Notes under the pieces: generated by a model | Database searches by the model: none | What the model saw: only the letters and a program-made list of their open reading frames with translations | What the model was told of the DNA's origin: nothing | DNA from: Cenococcum geophilum | Taxonomy: Eukaryota | Assembly: GCA_050273025.1 (NCBI GenBank) | Contig: CP158635.1 | Location: forward strand, 17,484,001 to 17,548,000 | DNA length: 64,000 nucleotides | Direction: 5' to 3' | Program-made: the position numbers and the translations under genes | Shown here: in pieces, positions 61,439-64,000 of the stretch | Numbering within the stretch: position 1 is the stretch's first letter | How the letters are laid out: the number at the start of each line of letters is the position of its first letter

Positions 61439-64000
61439 CCGCCATTCTCAAAATATCGGTAAAAATCGCCAAGCCGTACGACACGCATCGCCCCCTCCAT
61501 TAAAACAATACACCCCCTTATAGTCCCACCAATATAGCTCTATATTTTATTCAGAGAGGCCTATTTTATAGCTTAATTTTAGGGCTATAAAATAAGCCCT
61601 TATTTATATAATTTAGGGCTGTTTTGGCGAAGTTATAGGGGGTACTTATTGACCCGAGGTACGAGTGGTCTATACTTTTAGGTAGGTGTCCTAGATTTCA
61701 AACTTCCGCCAAGCCAGCTTTTAATTAGTTTGAAAGTTGGCTTCTAATTGGTTGGAAAAAAACTTACGGGCGGTAGGTTATAGCAGAATCTATGTAACAA
61801 ATATTAAAATATTATAAACATTAAAATATCTTAGTATTGCACCTTCCTTTTTGTTAACACCTCTATTAATACTACTATATACATTATATATATAGCAGAT
61901 CCTACTATAATTAAGTGCAGCAAGTGCTATATCCATAAGCCCTGCCTTAACTTTATTAAAGACGGCCCTTTAAAGAAGCTTTTAAAGCTATGCTAATTAT
62001 ATTAGTTAAAGGTACATCTTCCCTATTTATTACTTCTACTTCTACTTACCTTTCTAGGCCTCTAAATATAATTTAAATAAGTGGAGAGCTCTTATAGAGT
62101 TAGGTTTTACTACTAAGAATCGTTCTATAAGGCGCTAGCAAACTACTTTACCTACAAATGATACTAAGAATGCCTTCCTACCTTGCGGCCAGAACAGCTA
62201 AGATACCCCTAAAATAGCTTAACGGTAGAAGACAATTAGGGCAATATAACGGGAGTACCACATTCTTAATTAGCGGGGTAAAGCTTACTCGCCTACTCCT
62301 CCGCTATATACCATAGATAAAGCTCCGGATAGTAGAAGAGGCACTCTAAATAGCCTAAATACGTCTTTACCGGAACTAGCTTCTATACCTACTCTACCGC
62401 TAATACCACCTTTCTTACGGTAAGCTCCCTCGCGGTAAGCTCCCTTACGGTAAGCCCCTTTACGGCAAGTTCCCTTACGGCAAGCTCCTTTACGGTAAGC
62501 TCCCTTACGGCAAGCTCCCTCGCGGTAAGCCCTAACTAGGCTACACTATTACCCGTTTCGGCTGTTAATTAGGAGCGAATTAAGAAGTTTAGGAGTATAC
62601 TATAGGCTAAATATATAGAGACGTGCAGTCGTTGTAAGGAGTAGTGGTTTTAAATGGCCTAGCTATGGAGGAAAACAATATAGGTGTATATAAAGCCTGC
62701 GTTAAGGACGCTAATAGCCTTAAGAATCTAACCTTTTTTCCCCTATTTAGTAAAAGTAATAGGCTTAATCTAGGGCCTATTCCTAGCTTTCTACCTATAC
62801 TTACCGCGGTAGAGGAGCTTCTAATCGCGTGCGTATACATTTATCTACAAGTCGTGCGTATACGCGGCTAGCAACACTACTATACTGGCTACGTTTACTG
62901 CTTTAGCTAGAATATACTAAAGACTTAGAGGTAGCTACTACGGCTACCTATTAAACTTAATATACTGGTCGTAAAGCCTATAGTAGTAGAGGGTAGCAAA
63001 TACCTAAGTTGGCGGTTTACCAAGTGGTATACTATAAGGCGCTCTACTATAGTATAGTAGCTTTACTTTCTAAAGGTCAATTATCCTAATTATTGCGACG
63101 TTAAAATATATAGCACCTAGCTTACTAGCTTACCTAAAAATAGCTCTATATTAGATTAGCTACCTTATATTAATAAGTTAGAGTCTAATTCTAGTAGCCT
63201 AATAGCTTACCCTACTACTTTTATATAATATCCTTCTACTATTAATCCTCTACCTACTAAGCTTAGTAGTAATATACTAGACAGCAAATTTAATAATAAT
63301 GTACTAGATATTTTAGTTCCTAATCTAGTGCCTAACCTTAATAAATTAGAGCTTTTAGGTCGCGAGGTTTAATACTAATAAGACCTATAAGCGGGCCTAG
63401 AGGTTTCTACTGTGCAATAAATACCTCTCTCTAAGCGATTAGCTAGTTTTATTATACGCGGCGCCTTTTCTACCCTATTTCCTTATAGTAAAGCAGATTT
63501 TAATATACTATAAAGCCGTACGGTTACCCTAGCTGCGTACGCTAAGTATATGCTTAAGTATTAGGACAGTCGGTTTAGCCACTACCCCTTATTTCGCTAC
63601 TATATGTTTAATCGGATTATAAAAGAGCAAGCCCTTAACGCTACCCACTTCCTTTATAGCTAATTAGATAAAAATAGCCTATTTTTAAATAAGCCTAGTA
63701 ATCTTATAAATGGTAGTAGGGGTAACTAGGTTCTAAATAAGATTATACGGTATATATAGAAGCTTAAGGGTACTAGGCCTTACTAGAAGTAGAAAAGAAA
63801 TAAGCTTATAGCTTATACTAAGAATATTAAGAGCGGGTCTCTATTCTTTACACTTAGCGCTACTAATCTATATTGGTATAATCTACACTCTTATATGCCT
63901 TGATTTAACGAATATAAGGCTACTAATAAGGCTTAGCGCTACCGGATTGCTTCTTAGAATCTTAATAATAACCCATATATTACTGCTTACTAGCTATATC
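61439..64000 (+). mobile_element. Helitron/Helentron (Rep-helicase N-terminal part), RIP-degraded, runs off the window
   Basis: ORF from ~61907 (CSKC..). Relics LPILTAVEELLIACVYIYLQVVRIRG*QHYYTGYVYCF (DUF6570-like), AFSTLFPYSKADF, QDSRFSHYPLFRYYMFN, GTRPY*K, LFFTLSATNLYWYNL and NPYITAY (Helitron_like_N-type motifs). Confidence 0.87.
62415..62531 (+). repeat. 15-bp in-frame tandem repeat inside the Helitron ORF
   Basis: About 8 copies of TYRCGGYAAGCTCCC, which de-RIPs to (SRQAP)n. Confidence 0.85.

Overview
Eukaryotic DNA from a RIP-proficient filamentous ascomycete (species not identifiable here). It crosses from a sparse gene region (~1-16.7 kb) into a ~47 kb AT-rich, RIP-degraded nest of transposons. 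Host genes: a 5-exon Zn(II)2Cys6-like regulator (1737-4319, -) divergent from a 3-exon stand-alone SurE-family phosphatase (4728-5697, +), and an intronless secreted PAF-acetylhydrolase-like alpha/beta hydrolase (9882-11051, -). DNA elements: MITEs, a pogo/Tigger deletion derivative, a Fot1/pogo element nested in a Mutator-like non-autonomous element (9-bp TSD), a piggyBac and a Helitron. Retroelements: four copies of one Tad1-like LINE, four Ty3/Gypsy elements (named W, X, Y, Z here) and a non-coding LTR element derived from the W family. TSDs resolve nesting up to four layers deep. Main finding: two different Gypsy families (W and Z) each carry a cryptic antisense, two-intron gene between integrase and the 3' LTR. 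After undoing RIP by eye, both encode a basic/Ser-rich N-terminus, a six-cysteine Zn2Cys6-like cluster and a C-terminal domain, with a phase-0 intron two codons after the last Cys. The non-autonomous element kept the promoter-side segment of the W gene and lost gag/pol. All five LTR elements show Tf1/sushi-type self-priming complementarity. All de-RIP reconstructions are manual inferences and no database searches were run.
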